Below, piece by piece: positions 51,597 through 64,000 of a stretch of 64,000 nt of DNA. The stretch spans positions 16,368,001-16,432,000 of the forward strand of contig JBHGNT010000003.1 of assembly GCA_043228905.1 (NCBI GenBank), in the 5' to 3' direction. The translations under genes and the position numbers were made by a program. Position 1 is the first letter of the stretch; each line of letters begins with the position of its first letter. Origin of the DNA: Azolla caroliniana. Its lineage: Eukaryota > Plantae > Polypodiophyta. Below the pieces are notes generated by a model. That model saw only the letters and a list, made by a program, of their open reading frames with translations. It was not told the DNA's origin and did not search any database.

Positions 51597-52644
51597 ATCA
51601 TCTTTTGCCTATATAAAGAGGATTATCCTTCATTTATATTCAATGTCTCATTCACTACTTTAGCTCTAAGAGCGTGTAGTACTCACTTTCCCATAATTGT
51701 TTTTTGGGAGTTGTCTCGACTGAGTCCCGAACTTGTCTAAACTTTTCATTTTTGGTTTGTCCCAAATTGGGATTGTTGTAAGCTTTGTCACTATAATATA
51801 ATATATAGTGATTTGGTGTCAGGACCTTTTTTCCACTCGCATTGTCTTGTGTCTTCAGACCCCCATGAAATAGGGGCATAACAATCTCATCTATTCTGGA
51901 TGTCATATTGAACTAGGATAAATAGGATTTTCAATGAATACTTGAGAGAAAACCACAGACAACAAAGATGAAAAAGATAATAGGAGGACTACAATGTGTG
52001 TTGAGTATGTATTTGTTAACAATGCACCGTTCTTTGTTTCTATTGTTGCTACAAGTACAAACCACCAATTTAAACTTCCTATATATCGTTTCGAAGCTCT
52101 CACGAAGGGTTTCCAAGCTTTTCTCTATGAAAAATTGCTTCATTCATATCTGAGACCACAACAGTAAAAACAAGCTCTCTTGTATAACTAATGGAAGGAG
52201 TTTTTTTTTGGAAAAAATAAAAAACAAACTCTCTTCTTCTTTTTCTTCATCTCTTTGTTCTCTCTCTTTTCTCAAAAAATACAGTTAATTAGTAAATGTT
52301 TGTGAAAAATAATGTAATGGTGCCAAAATTGAGTGTTGGAGTGAATGGGACATGTTGAATCGCCAATAGGCAAGACGAAGACTCCACGGAGGAAAGAATT
52401 TCTAGTTAGTCCAATAAATAAAATTAGGGCGTTAGTGCTCCCATCGAACTTTTGACGTCTCTCTCTCTATCTCTCATTGTATCATGATTCATGGATATCA
52501 TAAATTTGAGAGAAGCCTACTTTAATCCTCATCTTCTATTGGACACTAATAATAATATTCCGAGTCGCGACCATTTGTCTTTATCTTGTTGGTCAAAAAG
52601 GGGCATCAAAAATTATAATCAATTGCCCTCCAAGTTGAGTCAAT

Positions 52645-52868
52645 TGGGTTGGGCCACTTGAGCATCCATTTTTAATGCTAAATTGGACATGGTCATAATG
52701 CTTTCCTTGACTTTCTATATATCTGCCGTATACCATCCCATTCTTACCACGACAAGTAGAAGACATCACAATCGGTTGGGTAGGGCCATGTTGAGCCTCC
52801 TCTTCAATGCTACTTTGACATTGTCATACAATATCCAATGACTCTACTAACTCTGACCTCCATATAAA
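52645..52868 (+). promoter_or_regulatory. Promoter of lipase B2: two conserved modules plus TATA (mirror at ~21437-21660)
   Basis: GGGCCACTTGAG..GGACATGGTCA and GGGCCATGTTGAG..TTGACATTGTCA; TATAAA at 52863. Confidence 0.55.
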
Positions 52869-52958
52869 CGCTTAGTTCTTCTCTTGTAAGGAGCAGTTAT
52901 TCATCTCTTGTTTCTGGAACCAAATATTTCAGGTCAGGTCCTCCTCAAAACCTGGGTT

Positions 52959-54210
52959 ATGGGAAACGGTAGGGAAGACTCTCCGAAGCTCAAGAGCATC
53001 CTAACAACCGAAATTAGGGATCCTGAAATTTGGTCAGTTGGTGATGAATACATTATTTGGTCAATAATCAGTGGATAGTGATTATTATTTTTCACTACCT
53101 TCATACATGTTATTAATGTTTCATTATAATTTCATAATTAGGGATTGGGAAAATCGTCACCGACAAGTGGCGATGGCGTGCTTGGTCGCAGGCGTGTGTG
53201 AGCTAGAGAATGACCGAAAACACCGAGGTGGGCAGCTACTTCCATCTGATGTGGACACCGAGACCGCCATGTGGTGGACACATTTCGGTTACGAACTGGA
53301 GGAGATGCTTGTAGACAATTCTGAGAACGGTAATCCTACTATTTTTGGGGCGGTTTACAGTAGGAAGCTACGCCATGCTCCAACCGGCACGGTGGCCATC
53401 GTGGTCGCATTCCGCGGCACAATGATGCGAACGATAGATTGGGCGGCGAATCTTATGACATATTTGGGAAGGTTAGAATTGCACCCACGGTTCAGGGAGG
53501 GGCTTCATGTGGTTGAGAGAGCGGTAGAAGAGGTGGGGTGGGAGAGGGTTTGTGTGACGGGTCACTCGAAAGGGGCGGCCATAGGATTGCTGGTAGGGCG
53601 TGCCATGGCAGAGAAGGGAAAGCTAATAGAAGCGCATCTCTTCAATCCACCAAACCTTACCCTACGAAACGGTAGGCTGTTAGGATGGATACCTGCGCTA
53701 GGCCTTCCGGACTGGGCTGCCGGTACAGTGGAGCTCTTACACGAGATCGCCTCTCGGGCATTGACCGCCATCACTCAAAAGGCAGAGGTAGTGGAAGAAG
53801 AGAGGAGACGGTTTCAGTTGCTGAGCGCATGGCAGCCGATCCTGTACGTCCACGAGCAAGATCCCATATGCTCCGCCTACATCACTTACTTTGACGGTGC
53901 CCGGTTGTGTAGAATCATGAGCATACCACATTCCATACGCCAGAGCATTCTGTCGATGGTTGGTGTAGATTCAAAGCCGCGCCATCTCATCCCGTGCGCG
54001 AAGCTCGTAATACATAAGCGCGGCATCAAAGAGGCTCGCAATTTGAGGCATTGGTATGCCATCCACCCTTCTGATACGCAGAAGTTTGACGCCCGTCGGA
54101 TCCATGTGGATGATGGAGACAACAATGCTAAGCTAAACACTATGGCTACCGCTTATATCCTAATTGTACTAGGTTCCCTCCTCTATTTCTGCTACTCTGT
54201 GCTATCATAA
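52959..54210 (+). CDS. Class-3 lipase type B copy 2; join(52959..53032,53142..54210), 380 aa; predicted catalytic His absent, tail frameshifted relative to B1
   Basis: Open frame with family motifs. EARNLRHW lies at the position of A's EPHRLLQW. A 2-nt insertion (CTATTTC vs CTTTC) gives an earlier stop. Confidence 0.82.
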
Positions 54211-54631
54211 TTGTATTTGGGTGTCTCTCAATGTGTGCGCGCTCACCCGATCGCTCGTGTATTAATTAATTGTACTATAGAAGGGCTTTGCTTCCAGTTA
54301 ATTGTACGAATTCTTTAGAGTATCGTTGAGCATGACATAATGTTTGATCATGCACGCTCTAGCTCATTAATGGCCACTAAATGAATGATATAGGATTTTA
54401 CCCTTTTTATGTTAGATTCAAATTATTCCCAAGTCCATGAACTATATATCTACTATCACTTCTAAACATATATGTAGCCTATAGGTTTGAGCAAAAGCGG
54501 CCCATGTTTTAGCTTTTTGGCTATGGAACTTCCTCATCTTGAGACAAGATCACTTCACAAGAACCCTTCTCATGGAAATCATGGCCATGGAAAGGATTGT
54601 GGAATACATGCTTTAAGGAAATTATTTAATC

Positions 54632-54901
54632 CATAGTATGAACCTTAGGTACCATACGTGCATTCGCATTCGCATTCGAGAATGTCTCAATCTTCGAATA
54701 TGATAAACACCCTCGAAGTATAATAAATACTATACTTTTGTATTCGTAATTTATTATAAGGTAAATTTTCTTTTAAAGTAAGAAAGTTAAGGTAAAAAGT
54801 GTAAAAAAGAAACATACGAATGTTTTGATAACATACGCGTTCGTTTTCAAACGTGTGGAAAAGAATATTTGCCGATGCATTCGAGTATATTAGGTACTAT
54901 G
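54632..54901. mobile_element. Possible older MITE (termini CATAGTA / TACTATG); internally deleted version at ~19555-19677
   Basis: Short inverted termini resembling the 18347 element and similar ATTCGC repeats; TSD unclear. Confidence 0.35.
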
Positions 54902-56629
54902 AGATTTTAATCTATCTTAAAGTTCACAAGTTCGAGACTTAACTCGGCAAAAACAACCATTACGAAGTATCTTTTGCCTCTTCCATTGCCACTTGCAGAT
55001 AGAGGCACGGTGCTTATTCGGCACAAGTGATGTACACTTCACAACAACGTTTCAGACATTATACTACATATGTTGCACGTAACTATAAACCACATTCTTC
55101 ATCGAACTGGAAAATTGCACACATCAACACATATTAGAGCCCATCCCATTGTCTACCATCTAAATCATTGCTTCCATGTGAGTAAGTTCACAGTTACTAC
55201 AACATAAGATGGGAGCTTTGGGGCACATGTGATGAGAGTAGTCGACTTTGCCCTAAACAAGTTCAACGGTATCACACTACCATATAATGCTTTACCTTTG
55301 ATCACATTCCACTGTGTTCTCCACTCATCTTCAACCAAAACCACTTCCTAGAATGAATTTCTCTCAAACTCACAATGTTCAATTTGCCCTAAACAAGTTT
55401 GGGAGTCAAGGATCATTCTTTAATACAATGCTTTGACTTTTATCACATTCTAACTATAATTTCCATATACATCTTCAACTAGACTCAATCCTTGAATTAA
55501 TTTCTCACAATCACAATGTGCACTCTCAAACCATGTTGCACCTAACTATAAAACCATATTCTTCGCAGAAAGAGGAAACCGCATACATTAGTACACGTTT
55601 GAGCCCAATCTGTTGCCTTCCATTCGAACCATTGCTTCCACGTGACTTAGCTCACATGCATTGCAATATGAGACGAGGTGTTGGGGCACAACTAATAATA
55701 ATGGTCAACTATGCACATTTTGCCCTAAATAAGTTGGAGAGTCTATATATCACAATTTGATACAATGCTCTACCTTTGATCATATTCAACCATGTTGTCC
55801 ACACATCTTCGACCAAGCCCACTCCTTGCACAAATTTCTCGCACAACCTCAATGTACACTCTCGATTGCAACATTTATTGGTAGAGTTCTTGGACATAAA
55901 GAGTAGCTACTCACTTTCACACTTATCACGTGACCTCTGAATACGATAATATAATCTATCTTTCCCTCATCTATCTATCTCTCAAAATGATGGTTTACAT
56001 AACATCATCAATATCAGAAGTTTAGAAGAAGCCTAAAAATAAGTCAAACTCTGATGATATTAATTATATCTTAACAAATTGGCCCTTCAATGACAAACAC
56101 AAGTTCATGATAGTAGTAGTTAGCCAAACCACCACAAAATGGAAATTAGTTTCAATGAACGAGTTGAGACAAACACAAGTATTTACTTGATACAATGATT
56201 GTACATGATGACAAATCATGAAAAACAAAGAAGCATTGATGATGTAATCAAAAACCATACACCCAAAATAGTTTGTCTAACATTATAAAGAATCATCATT
56301 CTCAAGGTTTGCAGCAATATCCAAGAGGCACCATTACATATTTGCAGTAGTAACTAAGCATTAAGAAGTCCAAGTTATTAAGTGAACATGAAATGCATGG
56401 TTATTAAATATTTATGAACCCCATTGATTTGTTCATCGTCATGCGTTGTCCACGAATTCTATACAGCTTTTATGTATGCATGTGCCATTAAGCCATAAGC
56501 AACAACATTTCACTTGCAAAGTTTTCTCGAGACTATATCAATTAATTTGGGCAACTATTCCCAAGCATTCATAAATGCCTTCCTTTTTGGAAAAGGAAAA
56601 ATAATCTCTTCAAGCAACCTGTTAAATTT

Positions 56630-59600
56630 TTACTCTTTCGTGTCCAATGTGTCGGTTGAGAAAAGGATGTTCCCAGTTAGAAGTGATTCTTTATCTAGAG
56701 GATTAAGAACAAAGGAAAATGAGTTAGAGAAAAAAATTTAAAAGAAGAATAAACCTGTTCATAATAACACACGGTATGCTTGTTATGCAAGGTGAATTAC
56801 CTGTCAATGCAAGGCAAGCTGTCTCCCTTCTTACATATCTGGCTAAATTCTGTTAGAAAAACACACAAAGTTTCAAAAACCTCCCAAGACACAATGAATT
56901 CGATAATTTTGACAATCATAATGTTATAAGTGACAGCCATATTTGAAAATTTTCAAAATGTACTCCTGTATGATTGCTGAAACGCCATATGTTTAGATTA
57001 TTTAATCCAGATATGCTAAGGATCACATAGTACTTAAAATGCTAACTAAACAGTACATCACGGATTAATCAGGATTTGAGCACTAATCAAGGCATTTGGT
57101 TCAATGCCAAGAATCAGAAAGCTTACTCAAGTAGCATGCTAATTAAGACATTTGGTCATGGCATCTTTTAACCCATTTCTCAGGCTGGTTAATACAATTT
57201 TTTAATCTTTGTAATTTAAACACAAATATATACAATCTCACATTATTGGCAGTAATTAGGAAGGTACTTTTCAAAGGAGCAGCGAAAAGTTACAATTCCA
57301 ATACAAAACGACGATTTTACAGCATGTTAGGTCCTACTTCATTTCCAGTTTCTTGTCAGGAGAAGACTTTTATTATGGTTCTTGTGTTCTACAATATCTC
57401 TTCAAACTTTGAGAGCTTCCATAGCCGTCAGATCTAAATCAGGCTGAGTTTCATTTCAACTCATCTTACAAGTGGCCAATGTTTGAGGGGTAGCATCATT
57501 AACTTCACATAATTCCTGAAGATTTAGTCACTTGAAACGAGACCCCATATCAATAGAAGGAATTCAAAATGCATGCAGAACATTCGTTCTCTTCTCGACT
57601 GGCTCATTAACGGATGTTCAAAGAGTATATTTTGCCTTTTCTAAAACAAGAAGGATTATATGAATGTTTGGAAATAGCTGCCTAAACAATTGACAGCCTC
57701 GAGGCTGAGAAAAAATTGCAAGAGAAACTTCTTTCCAGTAGCTTAGTCACACACACACACATAAAGTTGTACAGAATGCGTGGGAAAAGAATGATGAACA
57801 AATTGATGGAGTTCATAAGTAATCTAATAACCAAGCATTTCATATTTACACAAATATCTCAGATTTCATCAAGCATAGTTAATGCAAACAGAAACGTATC
57901 AGATCCTCCAGAACTGTTTTGCAGTGTTTCTGAGGTTCTCCAAAACATGTTTATGTAACAAAACTTTGGAATATGGAGTCATTATGATGTTGGCATAAAT
58001 TATTTGGACATTTGGATGTCATACACATTATTGATACTTAAGACTTTCATGATTTACCATAATGCATAAGTTCGTTCCAGTAAATAATTGTGTTCATAGC
58101 TCAACTTGATCACAAAACTTGTTTCCAGATTGAGCCACCACCATATGTCAACAGAAAACGCTCCAGCTCACAAACCTTGAAGGAACACCGATGCATGCAC
58201 GATGCGTGCTCATTGAAGTTAGTGTCTAGGTGTGTCTCAGTGACAAGTGATTGATCATTTGTAATGGTATCCTTTTCTTTTGAGAAAAACAGGGTTGTGT
58301 ATAAGCTGCATCAGAATTAGGAGTTCGCAATGGCTCGCCTTGAGCCTAAATTTTTAAACATTTGGCGGTACAGTTTAGGTGTATTTCAGTGACAAGTGAT
58401 TGATCATTTGTAATGACATCCTTTTCTTTTGAGAAAAACGGGGTTGTATATAAGCTGCATCAGAATTAGGAGTCCGCAATGGCTTGGCTCAAGCCTAAAT
58501 TTTTAAACGTTTGGCGGTACAGTTTGGCTCGGTTCAGGCTTGAGCTTCCCAAACCGGTTATCCTCAAAGTTGCCAAGCGACCTAATCCTCATGAGTGTAG
58601 ATATACATACAAATACCCAAATTTCAGCAAGATTAGTAGACTTGACTACACTATCAAGTCAATCCCAGACTACATTGTTTATTGAGTATGGTAGTTACTA
58701 TTGACTGCCAAATAAGATAGTTGGTTCCAGATCTTTTGGGCAGAACCAGAGAACACGGAGAAGTTGAAGGCCAAAATGAGGACATAAATCCATGAACCAT
58801 GAGTAGAGCGAGATCCCAAGGGCTGATGAGAAAACCAAGAAGGAAAGTAGGACACATTTTGAATTGTAATGGAAGGGTCAGAATTTTGAGCTCTGATGCC
58901 ATGAAAGAATAAGTTGATGAGAAGGTACAATACTTGTAGAAAACAGATCAGATAGAGGAAGACAAGAAAACAAGAGAAAGCCCTCAATGATTGAGAATGA
59001 ACAGAGGCACAGGTACAATACTAATTGATGGGGAAAGAATGTGGCTATATTTATAGAGTCGCACCTAATATATTCACACAACTCTCTCAAAAGCTTTTTT
59101 TTATTTGGCTGAAAGGGGAGGTGAGAATTTATGTTGGCAATGCTGCTAGCTCATAGTTGTGCCCTGCATCTTCAAACAGGATTTGAATCATCTTGTAGCT
59201 CTAAGTGTATTACTCAAACCTGAACAATTGACAATTGCAGACTTTGTTGATACTATATCGTCTTTATCAAATACCTGTTAAAATGCATATCACTCAAGCC
59301 AGTTTTTCTAGTTCTAAGCTTCCAGGTCACACGGTATCGCGGAAATCCGTGTGCATGTCTTGGATCGGGGCGGGACCATCAGGGTCTTGAACAAAGGAGC
59401 CGGTCGAGAGAGTGAGAAAGAGATGATTATCCGGATCACGCGCAGGATACCTTTGCCAGCACACGGGGACAGGCACGTGAACCGATCTGGGCCGGTCACC
59501 GGATGCAGGATGATGGGCACACGGGCTCAGATACTCGGAAAACACACATAGGCTGAAAGAAGCAAAGACGTGAATGTGACAAAGCTTCGAGCTCTCAACA

Positions 59601-61342
59601 CACGTACACAGACACTAGTGAGCCTCTGATCGGGAGCACACAGGATTCCAGCACGAACAGAGGCCTCACGACAGTATATCAAAACTACAGAACAGAGATC
59701 CCGAAAACACAGAAGACAATCGAAAACCTGCAGGGCTCAAACTGATAGCATTTTTGCCTCCAAAACAATGGATGCCAATTTAGATCCGTATCTCCCCTTT
59801 TATAGCACAAAGGAAAGACGGTTACATCAGCATTGATGACAGCCGTTCCTGTCAGCAATCCCTCACAAGATTCACTCCCATCATATCCTATTATTCCCCT
59901 CTTTTTGTGGGATCCTTAAAGTACCGAATAACTATCTTTGTCTAATACATATATGTTTATGTACATAAGCCCTAGTTCGTGTGCATCCTTGCACACCCCT
60001 GTTCACGCGCATCCGGCTCTCTTTTCTCTTATGGCCGGAAAATCAGATTGTAAAGCCCTTGCTTACATCACAGAGTTAATATAAAGTCTTTGTAACAAAC
60101 TTTGAACTTTAACTTATCAAACTATGGTATAACCTAACCTGAGCAGGTACTGCCAGTATTCCAACAGGCATCGGTTCATCATTCTCTGCAAACATATTCC
60201 TGCAAACAGAACAAGATCATGTATTTCATCATCTTGAGTATGGTTTGCAGCATGTACAACAGATTATTCAACTATATTTTCCCAAAATAATTGCATCAAA
60301 ACATTCTCACAATCAGGCTCTACATAGAATAATCTCAAAGAGCCATCTGATCTGTTTATTCACTAGGAATTAAGTGTGCTCTCCTACCTCCAAAGGGCTT
60401 TAGCAAGCTCATCTCTAGCAGCCTCAGGCTTCATGGCTGTATCATATGCAACTACAGACCCATAGAATATCTTCTCAAGTTCTTTCATCCATTTTGAAAA
60501 CAGCATTTTCACCTGTCTTGAAACAACAAATATTGTGGTTAGGGCCCTAATTTATGGAAAACAAAGAAGGTATAGTATAAACAGATTTGGATTGTGGCTA
60601 CGAACCCCTGCTGCCACTACACGTCTTTCTAGGTCTTCATTATAAACTTCATACAAGGCTTGCCCAAAATCTGACCCATCCTTTTCTTCTGATCGAAGCC
60701 TGACCAAGCACATCCATACGTGTAGTACCAGCATAGCATGTGTTGTTCGAAAACATTTTTCTAAACCAAATGCTGTTAATCACCAAAAAATACTTTATTT
60801 AGCAATGCACTAGTATACTTCATCACAAACTTGGCTAGGATTCTTACAGAGGGAGCTTCATGACTTAACTCTAAAACCAAGGGGAGTATGCTATTATGAC
60901 ATGATAAAAGAAGATATATTAAACTAATGTACAAACAGGACAGCATGAGGAGCAAAAACTGCAAAAATATGATGACTTCAATAAATGAGCTGTGAGAGAA
61001 AACACAATGCATTTATAATAACATCTACATGGAGCCAACAAGTTGAGCTATGGGATCAAGCCAATACTTTAAGGATTTACATTGCACTTGCCAACAGCAT
61101 GAAATAAAAAAAAAGATAAAATGCAAAATACTAATAATATCTATCACTACTTTTCTGATTTTAGGACTTGAACTCGTTTGTAATTACGTATGTAGATTTG
61201 GTATCTCTGGCACAGTGATTCCCTCTCTTTTTCCAGTAAAAAGAGACTATACTATACATCCAAAAGGATACACAAATAGGTACATGCTCACATGAACATT
61301 GCAGGGTTCTCCGTGGATCACCAAGAAAACAAGCCTTATACT

Positions 61343-61384
<42 letters not shown>

Positions 61385-62585
61385 ATTTAGTTCCCAAAGG
61401 CCAAGTTCAACCTCCAAAGAATATTAATATATGGCCTGCCTACATCATCAACCATGACATAGCAAAATTCTTGAGCCCAAGGGTCACCAATCACCTTCAG
61501 ACAGAGTGTAGAAAACATACATTTTCTTTGGTTCCATATCTCATATTTGAACTCCGAAATGATAGTAAAACTTAGGTATCTATCTATGTCAAGAATGTTA
61601 ACTTAGGGTTCCCCTGGATCATCAGCCATGACCTATCCCTTAGACATCTTTCTCTCCCGACCACAATGTGGAGTCTCCAGTGCAGTGGTAAAATTCTTGA
61701 ACTGGAGAGTCGTTAATCACCTTCAGACACACTACATGAAACCATTTCCTTTGGTTCCATATCTCACATTCAAATTCTGTGAATAATAATAAAACCTAGT
61801 AATCTATATATGTCATGAAATATAACATACTTTCATAAAGTGTAGGATTCTCAATGTGTCGTGTGATACGCAAGTGTAGAGTTCGAGCTCCCCTCAAGAA
61901 CCTGCTGTATCGGTGATAGAATCCCATAAGGCGAAGAGCAAATCCAGTTAGTCCTGCTGGCTGGCGCTCCACAACTCGTAATTTGGAATCAAGAGGGAGG
62001 GTGAGAGATTGGGGATGTGAGGAGAAAAAAAGCTTGTTGGAGGATCCCTACAACATCAACATTAACAAAAAGTCAATGGTACTTTCGAAAGGAAAAATGG
62101 CTATTTTCTCAATAAAACATAAAGGAAATGGTAGATTACGTTTATTTCAAGAAAAGAAGAAAGAAATCACAATGACTTTCCAGAAAATGAAGAAAAGAGT
62201 AAAATGCCCAATTTTTCAAAATGGAAACTTTTCTCTAAACAACGTAAAATGGAAGACGTTCTCAAGAAAACGTGAGAGAACAATAAATAAGTAAATAAAA
62301 AGAGGAGCAAATGTCTAGTATTTCCAATAAAGAAGAAGACAATTGTAAAAAGAAGGATATCTACAAAATAAAATAAGAAGGAAATAAAACGAGAAAGAGG
62401 AATGAGAAAAGCAATGCAAAAGAGGACAGAAAAGAGAAGCAGAGGGAACATGCCTGAGTTTCCAGGTTGTGTGTGCTTTGAGCTTCTTGTTGTTGAACGG
62501 AAGAAGAAGCAGAAGAATGGAATCTGACGGCCTGCAGAGCATTGAGATTGCGGCGCGAAGATATCTTGGCCCATCTCAAAAGCAT
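56630..62585 (-). CDS. UQCC1: Ubiquinol-cytochrome c reductase assembly factor CBP3/UQCC1, mitochondrial; complement(join(56630..56694,56801..56849,60139..60199,60388..60512,60606..60772,61831..62047,62454..62585)), 271 aa
   Basis: Seven exons splice in phase to 816 nt. Arg/Ser-rich presequence; LRLMGFY..RGA; FGLEKCFRTTHAMLVLHVWMCLVRL..FGQALYEVYNED; KWMKELEKIFYGSVVAYD; LWRNMF; LARYVRRETACLALTDKESLLTGNILF. Confidence 0.92.
58227..58525. repeat. 149-bp tandem duplication in UQCC1 intron 5
   Basis: TCAGTGACAAGTGATTGATC..GGCGGTACAGTTT twice at period 149. Confidence 0.85.
59326..60071 (-). mobile_element. Possible solo LTR in UQCC1 intron 5
   Basis: GC-richer CpG-containing island in an AT-rich intron; minus strand starts TGTGATGT and has TATAAAAGGGG at ~59800; no clear TSD. 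Confidence 0.4.
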
Positions 62586-62639
62586 TGCTTTCCGTCTGTG
62601 TGTGTGTGTGTACCTGTAAACAGCGATGGAGTGTACGTA

Positions 62640-62830
62640 CTCTTCTTCTTCTTCTTCTTCTTCTTCTTATTCTTCCTCTTCTTCTTCTTCTTAATGTATG
62701 TAATAAGAGGATGATGATGATGATTATGGATTCTGATGATGATGATGATGTACATACATAGATCTACATAATACTGTATACATACGTATGTGTGTATGTA
62801 CGTACGTATGTATGTATGTATATGTACATG
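62640..62830. repeat. Compound microsatellite (CTT)n, (ATG)n, (TATG)n upstream of UQCC1 start
   Basis: Directly visible. A (CT)n tract also occurs at 61345-61380. Confidence 0.9.
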
Positions 62831-63370
62831 ACTCAATAATGTGTATGTGTGTTTGGTGTGTGTTGTTTTGGATGTGTTTCAATTTGCACCACGAACATAC
62901 CTTTGTTTGTTTTGCTTGTTTGCATGTGCCATGGACCCTTGAGCCAAAAAACAGCACAACCAAGTCTCCACTTTGACTTCCATTGATCTAAGGCTATGCG
63001 TCCCATCCATTCTTCTTCCCGGACTCAAATTGAAAACACGACATTTACTCATTATCAGCACACGATCACAAACTTTACCACCACGCCATTATTCGGATTA
63101 TAGTAAGATGAAATCACGAACCTCTGAAAATAATTCGGCACTTGGCAATCGCCGACAACAACAATGTTAAAAATATCCAATATGGTATTTCATGCAAAGC
63201 TTTGAAATTGTGGTTTAACATGTAATTTGTTATTTAGTTACTAAAATTGGGTATAACATTTGAGCTTTTAGACTTACACATGCCCTTTGCAATAACGCTT
63301 CCTCATTTTGAACTATAATTGCTACATAAAGTAATTCAAGGGCAAAGTGTTAAAAAGGCCGACACACACT

Positions 63371-64000
63371 ATTGGGGAATTTGGTCCCTCTGGATGGGAA
63401 GGGCATAAGTCGGATCGAGAGAGAGTGACCATCAGTCAACCCGTCCGGATCAAGTTCCGGATACATGCAACAACAATCGGCGAGGAGTTGGCTGTCTAAC
63501 TAGGAGCCGAATAGGAAGTTCGAATCAGAATGGTCGTCGGTCGATTGGCTGAGGGCAAATCTAATGAGAGTCGACCAGTAGCCAACTGGCCATTAGCCGA
63601 ATCAAATGAAAGTTGATCGGCTCGTAACAGATCCAGATTGTGGCCAATTCGGCCAAATCGGGTTCATCCGGTTTGGACTATATTTGTAAATAGCCAATAC
63701 TTGTGTATTAGTATAAATACACCTAGGGCTAACATATGTATAGTGTGAAATCATCCAAGAAGTACTCTTTGCCGCCATCCGATCGAAGACAACGTACATG
63801 TCGGCCCGTGGCTTTCTTGACTTCATTCTTGAATGTTTAGAAGTGTCCAAACACTTCGCTCTTTTGCCGCATCGGGTAGATCCAAGTGTGCCTAGAGAAG
63901 TCATCGATGAAGAGCACGTAGTATCGGCATCCGCCGAATGTAGCCGTCTGTACTGGTCCCCATACATCGAAATGGACTATGTTGAGTAGACCTTTGCTCA
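63371..64000. mobile_element. LTR-like fragment (+, ~63371-63745) abutting a Ty1/copia integrase core (-, ~63753-64000)
   Basis: TATAAATACACCTAGGGC is shared with the LTR at ~51225. Minus strand reads IVHFDVWGPVQTATFGGCRYYVLFIDDFSRHTWIY..CLRSDGGKEYF. Confidence 0.82.

Larger units (their letters stand above)
43128..55528. repeat. Right arm of large inverted duplication
   Basis: Reverse complement of 18255-31159. Confidence 0.95.

Noticed and set aside
52959-52985. N-myristoylation of MG-starting lipases
   Set aside because: Gly2 is present but position 6 is Glu/Lys rather than Ser/Thr; too weak to call.
55518-55897. Decayed LRR gene (LNKLESLYI)
   Set aside because: Single LRR-like word; no sustained periodicity or frame.
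61490-61820. Degenerate ~225-bp duplication in UQCC1 intron 2
   Set aside because: Ordinary old intronic duplication with no coding or structural signal.
62167-63170. Short hydrophobic or low-complexity ORFs near the UQCC1 5' end
   Set aside because: Arise from microsatellites and T-rich intron sequence.

Overview
Eukaryotic plant nuclear DNA. The retroelement sequences suggest a seed-free plant such as a fern, but that is inference only. The window holds a cluster of five two-exon class-3 (alpha/beta-hydrolase) lipase genes of the At4g10955/PRLIP-like family, in two paralog types: A x3 and B x2. They lie among nested, decayed Ty1/copia elements, a Ty3/gypsy element with a large extra ORF, and a hAT-type MITE. 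Three large rearrangements are visible. (1) A direct duplication with a 22,739-bp offset (1-14386 = 22740-37125). (2) An inverted duplication of ~12.5 kb (about 18255-31159 vs 43128-55528) around a ~12-kb spacer. (3) An older ~4.2-kb inversion that split a copia element inside its protease and flipped gene A, placing A and B head-to-head. The right end carries an intact 7-exon CBP3/UQCC1 gene on the minus strand, with a probable GC-AG intron. No rRNA, true tRNA or CRISPR array is supported. All gene models and homologies come from reading the sequence; no searches were run.
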